A stretch of DNA of 64,000 nucleotides from Octopus bimaculoides (taxonomy: Eukaryota), in assembly GCF_001194135.2 (NCBI RefSeq), contig NC_068985.1, forward strand, positions 33,545,660-33,609,659, in the 5' to 3' direction. Made by a program: the position numbers and the translations under genes. The notes beneath the pieces are model-generated. The model made no database searches. It saw nothing but the letters and a program-made list of their open reading frames with translations, and was not told the DNA's origin. Positions 52,120 through 63,796 of the stretch are shown here, piece after piece. Positions within the stretch are counted from its first letter, which is position 1. Each line of letters begins with the position of its first letter.

Positions 52120-53501
52120 TTCATCATCATCATCATCATAACATCATTATCATGTAACATGTCATCTCTGCACAACATGGGTTGGGCACCACAACAGGGT
52201 CTGAAGGGCTAGAGGGCTGCATCAAGCTCCGGTGTTTGTTTTGGATTGGTTTCTATATCTTGATGCCTTTCCTGATGCCAATCATTTTGAAGAATGTACA
52301 TACGTTTGTATGCACGTGTATATCTCCATCTGTCTTCATATTAATACCACCTGGGCAGCAGTGATGTTTGTTTATGTCATGCAGCTTGGCAGTTCAACAT
52401 GCAAGGACCTTAAAAAACAAGGCTTGTGTAAGGAAGAGCGTTCAGCTGTGGAAAACTTCTTTAAAAAGTCTAGCACAACCCAGGACATTATGGAAAAAAG
52501 TAAATTTAAAAAGTACAATAGTGATGATGCGTCTCATCTCAAGATTTGCATGAAGAATTTTTATGTATTGCCCGTGTGCACATGCATGCATGTGCTTGTG
52601 CATAGTTTTGTTTGTATATTTGAACAACTATAATGTAAAAACTCCAAAGGAAAAAGTATATAGAAATGTTTGTGACAAATGATACCGGACATGTTAAACT
52701 ATAGCAAAGCAATATTGATGTAGATTTCAATGATCATTATCTGACTTCTACTCAGGTTTTAAATAACTCGATAACAATGAGTTTACAGCACTTTTCATTT
52801 GCTATGCAAACTACATTTTCTCCTATTATCCTCTCAGTGTGGGTGGTTTACTTAAGCATTGATTGCTATAAAAACATTTTACTTTACTCAGTGCAAATAA
52901 TGGCTCTAAGAACAATTATCATGATTAACATTCTATGAGGTACTAACAATTTTAAATGCTTTCACATTTACAATGAAGAAACAAAAGTCAGAATGTTTCA
53001 GCAATTGCTAAGAATATTTTCTTTTGGTCAAGAACAAAGAAAGTTTGGTTAGAATGCCAATAGAGTCGACTTAATATGTGACAAACCAATGACTTGATAC
53101 AAATACATTTGAATAATTAATCTTGATCCATTGCATTCTAAATTCACATCATTCCATAGCTACTGTTGCCTTTCCCTGAGTTGATAAAAATAAATACCAG
53201 CTATGTACTAGAGAATTAAATCTATTATGCTTCCTGCAACTGGAAACATTGGTATTTTGCCCAAACAGGAGAAATGTTTTTTGGCTTATTCACCTTCATG
53301 TCATAAATCTCCTCTGACCAGAGTTAACTAAGATAATTCTACATCAACTATTATAAATACACTCTGTAAAGAAAATGATTTTCGAAAAAAAAAATGCAAA
53401 ATAAAAATAAAAGTGAATTAAAAGTGAACACATACAGACATAAATAAATTATATACATTTATGAAATGAATTAAAGTGATGAATTGGTAGAAATGCTAGA
53501 G

Positions 53502-53675
53502 CAGGCTTGGGCAACCTTTTTCAAGAACCAGGCTGCATGCAACATGGCTCATTATCTGGTAGGCTACACTACTAAAATATATAAATAAATAGAAAATATA
53601 ATAAAAAATTCAAGATAATTCTTTGTTAGGTGTGTCATTCAGAAAGTCCCATGAGCTGCAGTTTGCCCATCACTG
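53502..53675. mobile_element. hAT (Charlie-like) MITE
   Basis: Termini 'caggcttgggcaa' and 'ttgcccatcactg'; putative 8-bp flanks tgctagag/cactggac match only partially. Confidence 0.55.
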
Positions 53676-54139
53676 CACTGGACACAATGTTTTGTGGTAT
53701 TTGTTTCACTTCTCTGTGTTCTGAGTTGGAATTCTTCCCAGATCAACTTTGCCGTTCGTCTTTTGGGGTCGATACAAAAAAAGGTACCAATCCAGGACGG
53801 TGACCAGGCAGAATTTGCCAGAGCATCAGGCAGGATGCTTTGCAGTTTTTGTTTAGGCTTTCTGAGTTTTGATAGCAATTCTTGTGACAATATAGATGAC
53901 ATGCTGTATCAAACTTGCCATTCCCTTGAAAATATCAGCTATGTGCAGAGAAGAGACTTGAATGTATGGGCAATTGTTAAATCTTTCACAAAAGAACATT
54001 ATCCAGGCTTGTGCCATAATATAAGTGCAAATATATGGTCAGTATTGACTTATAGAGACTTTAGATATGAAACAAATAAAACTAGATTTATTTTCCAGTT
54101 CTATATTTAAGAGATGAGGAATTATGTACATTATTTACA

Positions 54140-54211
54140 TTTGACAGATATTTGTCCTCATCTTGTTTGTTGTTAACGTTTCGGTTGATATACCCTCCAT
54201 CCTTCATCGGG
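54140..54211 (-). ncRNA. Degenerate hammerhead ribozyme core in the Penelope 3' region
   Basis: Minus strand 'cCGATGA aggatggagggtatatcaacc GAAAC' (CUGAUGA with one substitution); downstream 'tGTC' is a candidate cleavage triplet; stems imperfect. Confidence 0.4.
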
Positions 54212-54289
54212 TATCTTGGGGAAATTTTGAATCTGGGTTCTCATTCCTAAGGTATTTTTTGATGTTATTATTATTATTATTGTTATTCA

Positions 54290-54362
54290 GGTCACTGCCT
54301 GGAATTGAATTCAGAATCTTGGGGTTAGTAGCTCGCGCTCTTAACCACTACGCCACATGCCC
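54290..54362 (-). other. tRNA-like 73-nt cassette (A box, degenerate B box) 30 bp after the GIY-YIG stop; not a functional tRNA
   Basis: GGGCATGTGGCGTAGTGGTTAAGAGCGCGAGCTACTAACCCCAAGATTCTGAATTCAATTCCAGGCAGTGACC: A box TGGCGTAGTGG, T-loop-like ATTCAATTCC, mismatched acceptor stem. Confidence 0.65.
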
Positions 54363-55230
54363 GTAGGCAATTATGGAGTGAATATTAGGGCTTATAAATC
54401 TAATATTCTCTTATCCTTCCTTAATACTGGTTCCCATATGCTGTTCATATCTGCACTCAGTCTGCTTAGAAGATTGTTGTGTCCTAGCATATGTACTGCT
54501 TCTTTTAGTTTCTGTATTTTCCACTGGCGTTCTCTGTCCATTATTTTAACTTCATCCCACAGAGGGAGGTGGTCTCCATTTTCCCATACATGATCAGCTA
54601 TGCCCGATTTATCAATATCACCCCATGTCACAGCTTTACAATGTTCCTCTACCCTTATTTTGAGGGGATGGCATGTTTCGCCTTTGTATAACCTACCACA
54701 GCTGCATGGGATGGAGTACACACAGTTCTTAACCATATTCTCTTCTGTTGGTGGTTTTACTCGAAGGAGATATTATTTGCAAAGTGTTGTATTACTTTTG
54801 AATACTGTCCTGATGTCGTATGAGCTGCATATCTTTTGTATCTTTTCGGAGTGGCCTTTCACATTGGGTAGACAGACTGTGGACAGTTTATCGGTTTCAT
54901 CCCCACTTTCCTTCATAATTGGAGTGGATAGTATACTTTTGAGGTAGTTGTTGCTTAATAGATTGTTATTGAGCTTGATCATTTCTTCATGGTGGGTATC
55001 ACGATCACTACTTATATTCATTGCTCAATGTTTTAGGCACTGAGCAATCCCTCTCTTTACACTGTATGAATAGTGGGTATCATTGAGGTATCGTCCAATG
55101 AAGGTTAGCTTGCAGAATACAGATGTCCTGAATCCATACTTGGTGCGTGTTATTTATATGTCCAGGAATGCTAGCTGATTGTCTTTTTCTTTTTCCATTG
55201 TGAACTGTATGGATGGCTTTATTGAGTTCA

Positions 55231-55425
55231 CATGCAGCTGTGGTAGGTTATACAAAGGCAAAACATGCTGCCCCCTCAAAATAAGGGTAGAGGAACATTG
55301 CAAAACTGTGACACAGGAAGGTATTGATAAATTGGGTATAGCTGATCATGTATGGAAAAATGGAGACCACCTCTTAAAATAATAGACAGAGAACGCCACT
55401 GGGAAATACGAAAACTAAAAGAAGC
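55231..55425 (+). mobile_element. Inverted second copy of the Penelope GIY-YIG segment
   Basis: 'TCSCGRLYKGKTCCPLKIRVEEHCKTVTQEGIDKLGIADHVWKNGDHL' matches 54498-54707 in opposite orientation, with an internal deletion of about 17 nt. Confidence 0.9.
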
Positions 55426-55505
55426 TCATCTCTTAAAACTTGAAGAATGGTGGCTGGTAATAACAGAAGAAAAAATTATGACACTAAGTATATGTTTAAA
55501 GAAAG

Positions 55506-55536
<31 letters not shown>

Positions 55537-55569
55537 CATTACTTGCTTATAGTTATTCATTGAATGTTA

Positions 55570-58100
55570 GAGAGTGGAACTGAGTTCCTGGCAACATTTT
55601 AAATGCCAAATGCCCAGTCTTGGTCTGTTCATGGTGCAGGGCTGGAGCTGGGTCAAAGAACTGAGCTTTGGAATGATGTGTCACAAGAAAAGTGACAAAC
55701 TAGCTTGCTGTCATTGTCCAGTAATCTCTGTAGATGTGTCAGCTTCATTGTGTGCCTGCACATCAACAGCCATAGAATTTCAAGAATGCCTTGAAATGAA
55801 TGTTAGCCGCTGATATAGTTCCTGACTAGTAGAACCTGTGGATTCAACACCAAGTGAAAGAACCTACCCTCCAGTTTGGTTAGATATTTCCTGAAACAAA
55901 ACATGACATTCAGGAATTAGTACACCACTGATGTGACGCAGACTTCTGTCTGACCTTTCACTGTTAGTTACTTCTAAGGCCATTTTGTGGGGAGACTGGT
56001 CACCCTAGTTGTGACCTCTTCCTAGTTTTTTGTTTTTTTTTTCTCACCTGAAGGTTCTGAACAGCACCCAAAGTTCTTAACCAGATTTTCAATCCAGTGA
56101 CAAAAGTTAGTATCCCCAAGGATTTGCCACTCCAGGTACTGAGCTGGAAGTCTACTGAACACTAGACTGATGTAAACTGATGGGAGTTTCAAATCTAGTG
56201 TCAGCCCACTTTACCACATAAGGTGGAGGTTATCATGAAGAGATCGGCAAGGAATCTCATAAATTTTTGCATCTCTGACTAAACTGCTAGCACCAAATGT
56301 CAACTTCTTGGCTGGCATCTTTGTCAAACAATTTAGCAGAGTTATAGATCTGAAGTCTTATATGTACCCTTTTGTTTGAGTCATTCTCAACAGTACCACT
56401 ACTCCTTAGCTCACATGAAATGGAATGCTTCTAGTGTGCCAGCAGTTGCAATAGACAGCTGCCAAGATAGTGGCAAATAAGTCTGGTATTTGATAATAAA
56501 ATTTGCAGGGCTGATCATCCAGTTTCAGCAATTTGCCCATTGTACATCTGCTGAATATATGCATTACTTCATCTGCTGAAATCAATGTTTTTGCATCAAT
56601 CTGCATCTTCAAACGAAAGTTGTGGCAGACTGTTGAGGCAAAATGTTGAAAGATTACCCTCACCTGCTTGGTATCAGATAGCATACACTTGTAGTTTGTC
56701 ATAAATTGAAGTGTGGATTTGTTGCCATGCAGCACCTCCATCACCTGATCCCATCAAATGAGCCTTTGTGAGTCATTGGGTTCCAGAATACATGCTCTAG
56801 CACAAAGAACAGAGCCTTCATATTTCACATTGAGGAAGTGATCAAAGACCAATTCTACTACAAGCATATCATAAACAATGTCTTTTCTGTTCTCTCACTC
56901 CTCCTTTAATCAATTGTCTTTTATTGCTATATTTTTGCTAAAACTAAAGCCTGCAGGTTTTGCTCTATTTTCTCTGTTTTTAGGAGTTTTACCACTTACT
57001 ATTAATGACTGCATCTGTCAATTCCTACTCAACTAATTTACTAATCCAATCCCTGAAACCTTTCAATGCTGGGAAAGATGCATCTTATTTCTAGTACCCA
57101 GGATTCTGGATACTGGAAACTAATCATGTTTAGATTGACAATATAGATTATAAACATGTGTTTCAGCTACCTGAAACTGTGGTAGACAACTTATGTTTTT
57201 TCTGTTAGTTAACCTAATGAAAACTTTACCACCTGGATGATCTACTGCAGTTCATCTATGACTACATTGTGCATTTGGAAAATTCAGTGGATATCAGTTA
57301 GACAAGTGGAATTGCCTAAACAGGTTTGCAAGACTTTTACACCTCTGTCTTGTATTAGCTACTCTCATACAATCTTTGCATGGGACTTGTTCTGAGAATA
57401 CCTGATATGCCCCTCAAGTATTTTCATTTTAGGATTCTTTGTAAAATATCCTTTATTACATGAAAATTTTCTTCAGGAGTTCTGAGTGGACTCTTGGTAT
57501 TGTCTGTAGCAGAAGTTTGTCTTTAGGAGGAATTCATGTATTTCAACCAATCTTTTGTTAATTTTGTGTGTATCATGAACTCCATTAATTCACTGTTGCT
57601 CTTCTAAGCAGCAATGAAACTGGAAACTTGTTTGTTGCTATTCTTGTTGGATCTTTTATCTTTGTATCTTCTGTTGTTGTTGTGGGTGTTGTTGTTGTGG
57701 GTGTTGTTGCTTCTGCTCTTGTAGTTGTGGATCTTGTCTTGGTTCTTGTTGTTTCTCCCTTTGGGGCTATGGTGTTGCTGTTGTTCTTGCTACCGTTGAT
57801 TTTGCTGTGGTCAAGGTGTTGGTAGCAATTTCCTCTCCTATAGGGCAGGAAACCTTGTAGTGATAAGTTCCTGCCCTTGATGACAATTTGTATTTCCTCA
57901 CACTCCTCAAAGCAGAATGTCTCCAAGATCTTTGGAACTCCATAATCATTCCCATCAAGTGTTGTTATGGTGCAATGTAGGTTCTATGACCTTCTTGTGT
58001 TCTTCAACCATTATTATCTCTTTGGTTCTGTCTCTCTTTGAAGAGTGGTACAATAATGATGATGAGAATGGTGATCTGCTAATTAACCAAATTCATCAAT
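55570..58100 (-). mobile_element. Heavily eroded Tx1/L1-clade LINE fragments (ORF1 knuckle, APE, RT start, plus a second APE piece)
   Basis: Minus strand: 'EIQIVIKGR..RRGNC' (ORF1 knuckle-like, about 57850), 'DPGGKV' APE-like (about 57240), 'GKLLKLDDQPCKFYYQIPDLFATILAAVY' (like GKSPGLDG.PYE.Y..PDLF), 'PCRSLHDNLHLM' (RT), and a second APE-like piece at 55570-56020. Confidence 0.55.
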
Positions 58101-58159
58101 AAGAGAAAAATTGAATCCAACAGGAATTGAATTTAGGACATAGATATAAAACTGAAAAT

Positions 58160-58700
58160 TGCTAAGTATTAGTTTGGCATTTTAAAGCTGACACATCTAC
58201 AGAGACTCCTGGACAATAACAAAGAACAAGTTTATCACCATTCATGCAACTTATCTCTCACCAGCTCATCTCTTTGACCAAACATCATTTCTGCAACAAG
58301 AACAGAACAGTGGGAATTTGGAATCTAGAACGTGTTCAAGTACTCACTTCATTCCCTACTAACTGGACAATGTGGTCAGTGGAGAATCAACTCTCATATT
58401 CTATCAAGGGTTAGTGGTCAGAGATTATGGACAATTTCCAAAAGCCCTTGGCCTGGCATTGTTATGGAAGTGGAGGGTGGGTCTCTGCTTTTTCAAAATA
58501 AAGCCTACAGACATGACAATGTTGGAGCCACCAGTAACTGAATCTTTCCAAGATATGCACAGTGCAACAAAACTGTCCAACACACACTCACTCAGTGTTT
58601 GTGCATTAGTCATTTGTGGATTTATGTTGAACAGCTGTTGTCCAGTGCTGAATGGATCAGGATATCAGCTAAATCTATTTATGAATAATAGTAACATATG
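58160..58700 (+). mobile_element. Eroded Tx1/L1-type fragment in opposite orientation
   Basis: 58180-58325 is homologous to the reverse complement of 55590-55750; 'aaagcctacagacatgacaatg' resembles the AYADD region. Confidence 0.4.
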
Positions 58701-59161
58701 ATGTAGAGAAGTTGCTTTCCTTTGGCAAACCTAAAAAGTTCTTTCTACTCAATATTTTCTCCATTTGTTGAAGGCAGCGTGACTAAGAAGATAAACAGAA
58801 GAAAGAAGGAGGAGAAAGAACCTTGAGAATAGGTTGATAAAGGAGAGATTATGATTAGGGTATCAGAGTAGTAGGAGTGAGAGGATGATGGGTAGTATTA
58901 ACGAAAGGGTAAAAGTAATTGGCTGCTACATGCTGGTTGTTGGTAAGGAAATTGATTAGAAAACATCGTGATTCTGAACTCAGAACATAAATAACTATAC
59001 AAGGATTTATAAATACTGTTAGGATATTTTCATACAGTTTTAGTTTGACTTGAACATTTTTATGTATACTTTTTCCAAGATGTACATAATTCTTTTTGAA
59101 GAACAGAAATTATTAATATGATTTCTCAAATAGCATAATAATAATAATAATAATAATAATA

Positions 59162-59375
59162 ACCCTTTCTACTATAGGCATAAGACCTGAAATTTGGGGG
59201 AGCGGAATAGTCGATTATATCGACCCCAATATGTAACTGGTACATAGTTTATCGACCCCGAAAGGATGAAAGGCAAATTCAACCTCAGTGGAATTTGAAC
59301 TGAGAATGTTGCAGCAGATGAAATACCACTAAGTTTTCACTCGGCATGCTAATGATTCTGCCGGCTTGCCGCCTT
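59162..59375 (-). mobile_element. Family B SINE inserted in (AAT)n
   Basis: 'atcgaccccgaaaggatgaaaggcaaattcaacctcagtggaatttgaac..ctgccggcttgccgcc'. Confidence 0.8.
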
Positions 59376-59383
59376 AATAATAA

Positions 59384-60611
59384 TCTTACTATAATGGGCG
59401 TTATGTCTGTCTGTCTGTTCCCTTTTCACGGTCAAATGGTCACAATGTTTTTGGGGATTACGAAGGAGATAATCAGGAAGGCTTTTTAGTGAAAAAAATG
59501 TGAAAAAGTGTGATTATTTAGTGGATATTGAGTTTTATATTAATAAATCACCTTTGATTTTTTTTGTTAAAATTCCAGTGACAAGGACTAACTCTGGATT
59601 CCCCCCACCTCCATATAGTTCATGAATTTAGAGTGTTTAGATTTGCGATACTATCCCTTTATTTCCCATCGTAGAGGGCAGATTTGCTATCTTACTATAA
59701 TGGGTCTGTTTGTCTGTCTCTTTGTCTGTTCCTTCTTCATGGCCAGACAGCTAGACCAATGGTTATGATATTTTTCTGAATTACAAAGACAGTCATCAGG
59801 AAGGTTTTTAGCATTAAAGAAATCAGAAAGTATGATTATTTCATGGATATCGATTTTTGAATTAATAAACCACCTTCACATTTTTATTAAAAATTCACCG
59901 ACCACAAGTAACTCTGGATTTTCATCATATAGTTCGTGGCTCCATCATAGTTACGAAGGGAGTCACAAGGACAGTTAATAGTGAAACTAAAATGGAAAAA
60001 TTGTGTCAGTATACAGTGTGTGTGATTATTTAATGGTTATTGAAGTGTCAGTCTCGAGCAGGATTTGAAACAGCTAATCGAAGCGGCTGTTGTTTACATC
60101 TCAATTTTGTCAATCAAAATAACCCATGGTACCAAAACATCCAGACATTATTCACATAGAACAGGGCAAAACTTCCTTTTGATATGATTCATAATTTAAA
60201 TAAGAAAATTTGTGTACTTTGAATGTATAAGAATATAAACAAGCATAAAATAGAGTAAACAACTAAAATAAAAGTATATCTAAATAACATTTTTTTCTTA
60301 ATACCTTTTATGTAGTGATCAAAGGAAGCGTTGGCTTTCGTTAGGAGTGGTCCACATAATCATTCACGACACAGAGGCTGGGAGCCTATTGCCTATTTCA
60401 GTTTGGGAGGGAATCGTCATCACATGTCACTTAGTCGCAAACACATGTTACATAGCTGCAATAGAATGCTGTATCACCAACAATAATGTGATTTCTCTAA
60501 GACATCATCCAGTAATCTATCAAATCCATTTACACATTTCTCAATACATACTGCCATTATGACTTCCCTCTCTTATTTTATGCCTCCACCATAGATGGGT
60601 AGATTTGCTAG
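59384..60611 (+). mobile_element. Head-to-tail dimer of a non-autonomous Helitron-like element
   Basis: A|TCTTACTATAATGGG start (59384); junction 'gggcagatttgcta|tcttactataatggg' (59689/59690); end 'ccaccatagatgggtagatttgCTAG|T' (60611); subterminal GC hairpin; A|T insertion site with no element-specific TSD. Confidence 0.75.
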
Positions 60612-60936
60612 TAATAATAATAATGATGATGATGATGCTGAAAACACACAGCAGAAACAACTCATTCTTTGTGAAATGAGAGAAAATATTGATCTGCTTC
60701 TCAAATTACAAATAATTATTACTACTAGTTGATCATAATTAACAATAATATAATTTTAATGCAATATTTCTTTATTTACATTTACTTTCATATTTAATTG
60801 AACAAAAATCATTGTTGCTGATTTCTTTTTTAATATAAGTGAAAGTATAGCAATTAAAAATATCAACTAATAAGATTCACTAGTGATGAAGGACTGGTGG
60901 TGCCTGAGAAACGTCGCTCTCCTACTGATAGATTTT

Positions 60937-61297
60937 TGTTATTGTTGGCACTACGTCGCTTACGACGTTGAGGGTTCCAGTTAATCCGATCAACGGAACA
61001 GCCTGAGCACTCCACAGACACATGTACCCTTAACGTAGTTCTCGGGGATATTCAGCGTGACACAGTGTGACAAGGCTGACCCTTTGAATTACAGTCACTA
61101 CAGAAACAGGAAGTAAGAGTGAGAGAGGGTTGTGGTGAAAGGGTACAGCAAGGTTCGCCACCATCCCCTGCTGGAGCCTCGTGGAGCTTTAGGTGTTTTC
61201 GCTCAATAAACACTCACAACGCCCGGTCTGGGAATCGAAACCGCGATCCTATGACTGCGAGTCCGCTGCCCTAACCACTGGGCCATTGCGCCTCCTA
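60937..61297 (-). mobile_element. Young CpG-rich tRNA-derived SINE (Arg-like head) with target-site duplication
   Basis: Minus strand 'ggaggcgcaatggcccagtggttagggcagcggactcgcagtcataggatcgcggtttcgattccc' (A and B boxes); 'atagatttt' at 60928-36 and 61298-306. Confidence 0.85.
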
Positions 61298-62169
61298 ATA
61301 GATTTTACATAGGTGCAAATAGACAATAGAGGTCAATCAGAATCACCTTTGCCAGAACAATTCATTAGAGTTATTGATAAGAATGGATTAATACAAAAGA
61401 CAGTGAAAGGAACAAGATTTGCTTTAAAAGAGACAGCTGTAGATTTGCTTTCTAACAACTTTGAATTACTGTAGTTGTAACGTATTCATTCTTATATTTA
61501 CTTTCAGGGCTTTTTTTTTTTTTTTTGTCACATCCAGACATGTTTATTTCCATATGTAGGTGTGTGTGTGCATATATGCGTGTTCTAAATAATAGTTGCA
61601 GATAGTTTTCTGAATGTTAGATAAATATTTGGGTGTGATTTATTTATACTGTCTCTTGCTTTCATTTCTTTATTTTCGTTTTTGGTTTTGTTTTTGTTTT
61701 GTTTTTTAATTGTAAACAATGTCAATTGTTTGTTCATTGGCTTACTCTTGTTCAGTTTCATTCACTTATGTCAGATACGTCCTTGAGAAAAGCTTGAACC
61801 ACAATCACAACACAACCTTCCCCTTCCCTTATAAATCTGTGCACTTACACTTATGTAAGAAATGTATTAACTTGAATAAATAAGGCAGCATTTATCATGG
61901 TGTTTCGTCTACAGCTCTTCTAGAAGGGACAAACCTTTTAAGTGTTGAGATCATTGAGTTAATTTAATATTGAGTGAATACACATGAATGTTGGCTATGT
62001 TAATGATGTTTGTTTATTTGATTTATTTTATATTGCAATTTGCGAAGAGCAATGTCACTAGCGAGAGGTTTCCAGTGCATTCATTCTGACAGTGAGAGTA
62101 ACATGTGAATGTTGCTATGGGGTGGGAGGATGTCTTTTCTTGCTGATTTATATCCTCTGCAAATATATA

Positions 62170-62400
62170 GGCGCAAGCTTGGCCGTGCAATAAGAAGTTT
62201 GCTTTCCAACCACATGGTTCTGGGTTCATTCCCACTGCGTGGCACTTTGGGCATGTGTCTTTTCTTATAACTTTGGGCTGACCAAAGCCATGTGAATGGA
62301 TTTGGTAGATGAAAAGTGCAAGAAGCTCATCGCATGTGTGTGTGCACGCGCGCAATTATCCTGCTGTCTAATGACTGAGACAAGTAAAAGATATATCTGT
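62170..62400 (+). mobile_element. Family A SINE with internally deleted tail
   Basis: 'taggcgcaagcttggccgtgcaataagaag..cccactgcgtggcactttgggc'; ends 'tctaatgactgagacaagtaaaaga'. Confidence 0.75.
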
Positions 62401-63417
62401 GAAAGAGAGAGAGCAAGAAGGAGAGACACACACAACTTTAATCTTATTATTTAGTATTCAGTCCTTTCAGTAAATGTTTATTCTTATTTGTCACTTGACA
62501 ACCCTAACACTAAACATTAATTTATGTATCTCAATCACCACCACCACCATTATCATTGTCATCTTGATCATCATGATCATCATTATCGTTTTTATGTCCA
62601 CTTTTCTGTGCCTACATGAGCTGGATAATTCTCCCCTCCACATGGTGTCTTGCTACATGCTGTATTTCTTTGTTGTCTCCTTTCTGACGTTCAGCATCCT
62701 AAAATGGTGAAACACTGATTAATGACTTTACCAGTTCTTCACTCTACTGCATGTTTTCTCTCCTTGTCTCATGTAATTTATATTACAATACACACACACA
62801 CACACACACAAAGAGCCAGTGTACCAGTTACATCTTTGATACATACTTGGATTTGCTGGATACCAGATACCAATGAACTACCTTTACAACTCTACATTTT
62901 ATATATATACGTACATATATATATCTGCATGCATATATATGTATATGTATACATATATGTATAGATAGTTAGATATGCTTGGTTTATGGGATTACCCTGG
63001 GTTTCACACACACAGACTCACATACACACACACGTATACACACATTCATTCATTCATTCAGACTCACATACACACACACGTATACACACATTCATTCATT
63101 CAGACAGACAGACAGACAGTTTGTTTCTGTTAAATTCTACAGACAAGATATTAAATCAACCTGAGGGCAATGGTAGAAAACACCTGCCTGTAGTCATAAC
63201 CATATCCAATGGCATTGAACTTGGAACCATGTGATTATGACATGAACTTCTTAACCACATAGCTATGCTTACACCTATGTTAACTGGAGTGAATGACAAT
63301 GCAGAGAGTTTACAAGCTAGATTGCTTATGAAGCAAACATAAAATAACAAATGAATTATTTAGACAGCATTAACCAGTGTCTTTGGTGTGCAAAGTGTAT
63401 CAAAGTTATTAGTTGCT

Positions 63418-63460
<43 letters not shown>

Positions 63461-63693
63461 AAAGATAAATATTTATCCCAATTGCCATCTCAATATATCA
63501 CCAATTACTTGACCTTTCAGGACCAGAGACAGTCATTAATACTGTAATAAGCAATGAGACTCATTCGTCTGGTGAGGAAAGTGATTTCAGGTTGTAGTTT
63601 TCGTGCTGTTTCCAAAGACATCAGTAGAGGATGTAAAATATCTACAGGTGGAACTATGGACTCCATTTACCAGGACATTACCGTGTGCACGTG

Positions 63694-63703
63694 CACACAC
63701 ACA

Positions 63704-63795
<92 letters not shown>
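63694..63795. repeat. Long (CA)n microsatellite
   Basis: About 100 bp, one interruption. Confidence 0.95.

Positions 63796-63796
<1 letters not shown>

Larger units (their letters stand above)
54096..55226 (-). mobile_element. 5'-truncated Penelope-like element (RT C-terminus, GIY-YIG endonuclease, 3' terminal region)
   Basis: Minus strand: 'QFTMEKEKDNQLAFLD' (RT), 'CLPNVKGHSEKIQKICSSYDIRTVFK' (linker), 'CVYSIPCSCGRLYKGET..RVEEH..WDEVKIMDRE..LKEAVH' (GIY-YIG; ORF 54392..54736). Confidence 0.9.

Noticed and set aside
52232-52633. 133-aa ORF with a protein-like Lys-rich middle
   Set aside because: The DNA is a mosaic of eroded SINE and RTE-tail sequence ('ggaagagcgttcagctgtggaaaac', ending in gatgatg); open by chance.
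57585-57926. Thr-rich, mucin-like ORF
   Set aside because: Driven by an imperfect (GTT)n tract within a probable Tx1/L1 ORF1 relic; no signal peptide or splice support.
61225-61295. tRNA-like sequence as a true tRNA gene (likewise 54290-54362 and the family A/B heads)
   Set aside because: Acceptor and anticodon stems do not close properly, and each continues into a SINE or Penelope body.
63013-63105. About 46-bp unit duplicated in tandem
   Set aside because: Composite microsatellite slippage; ordinary.
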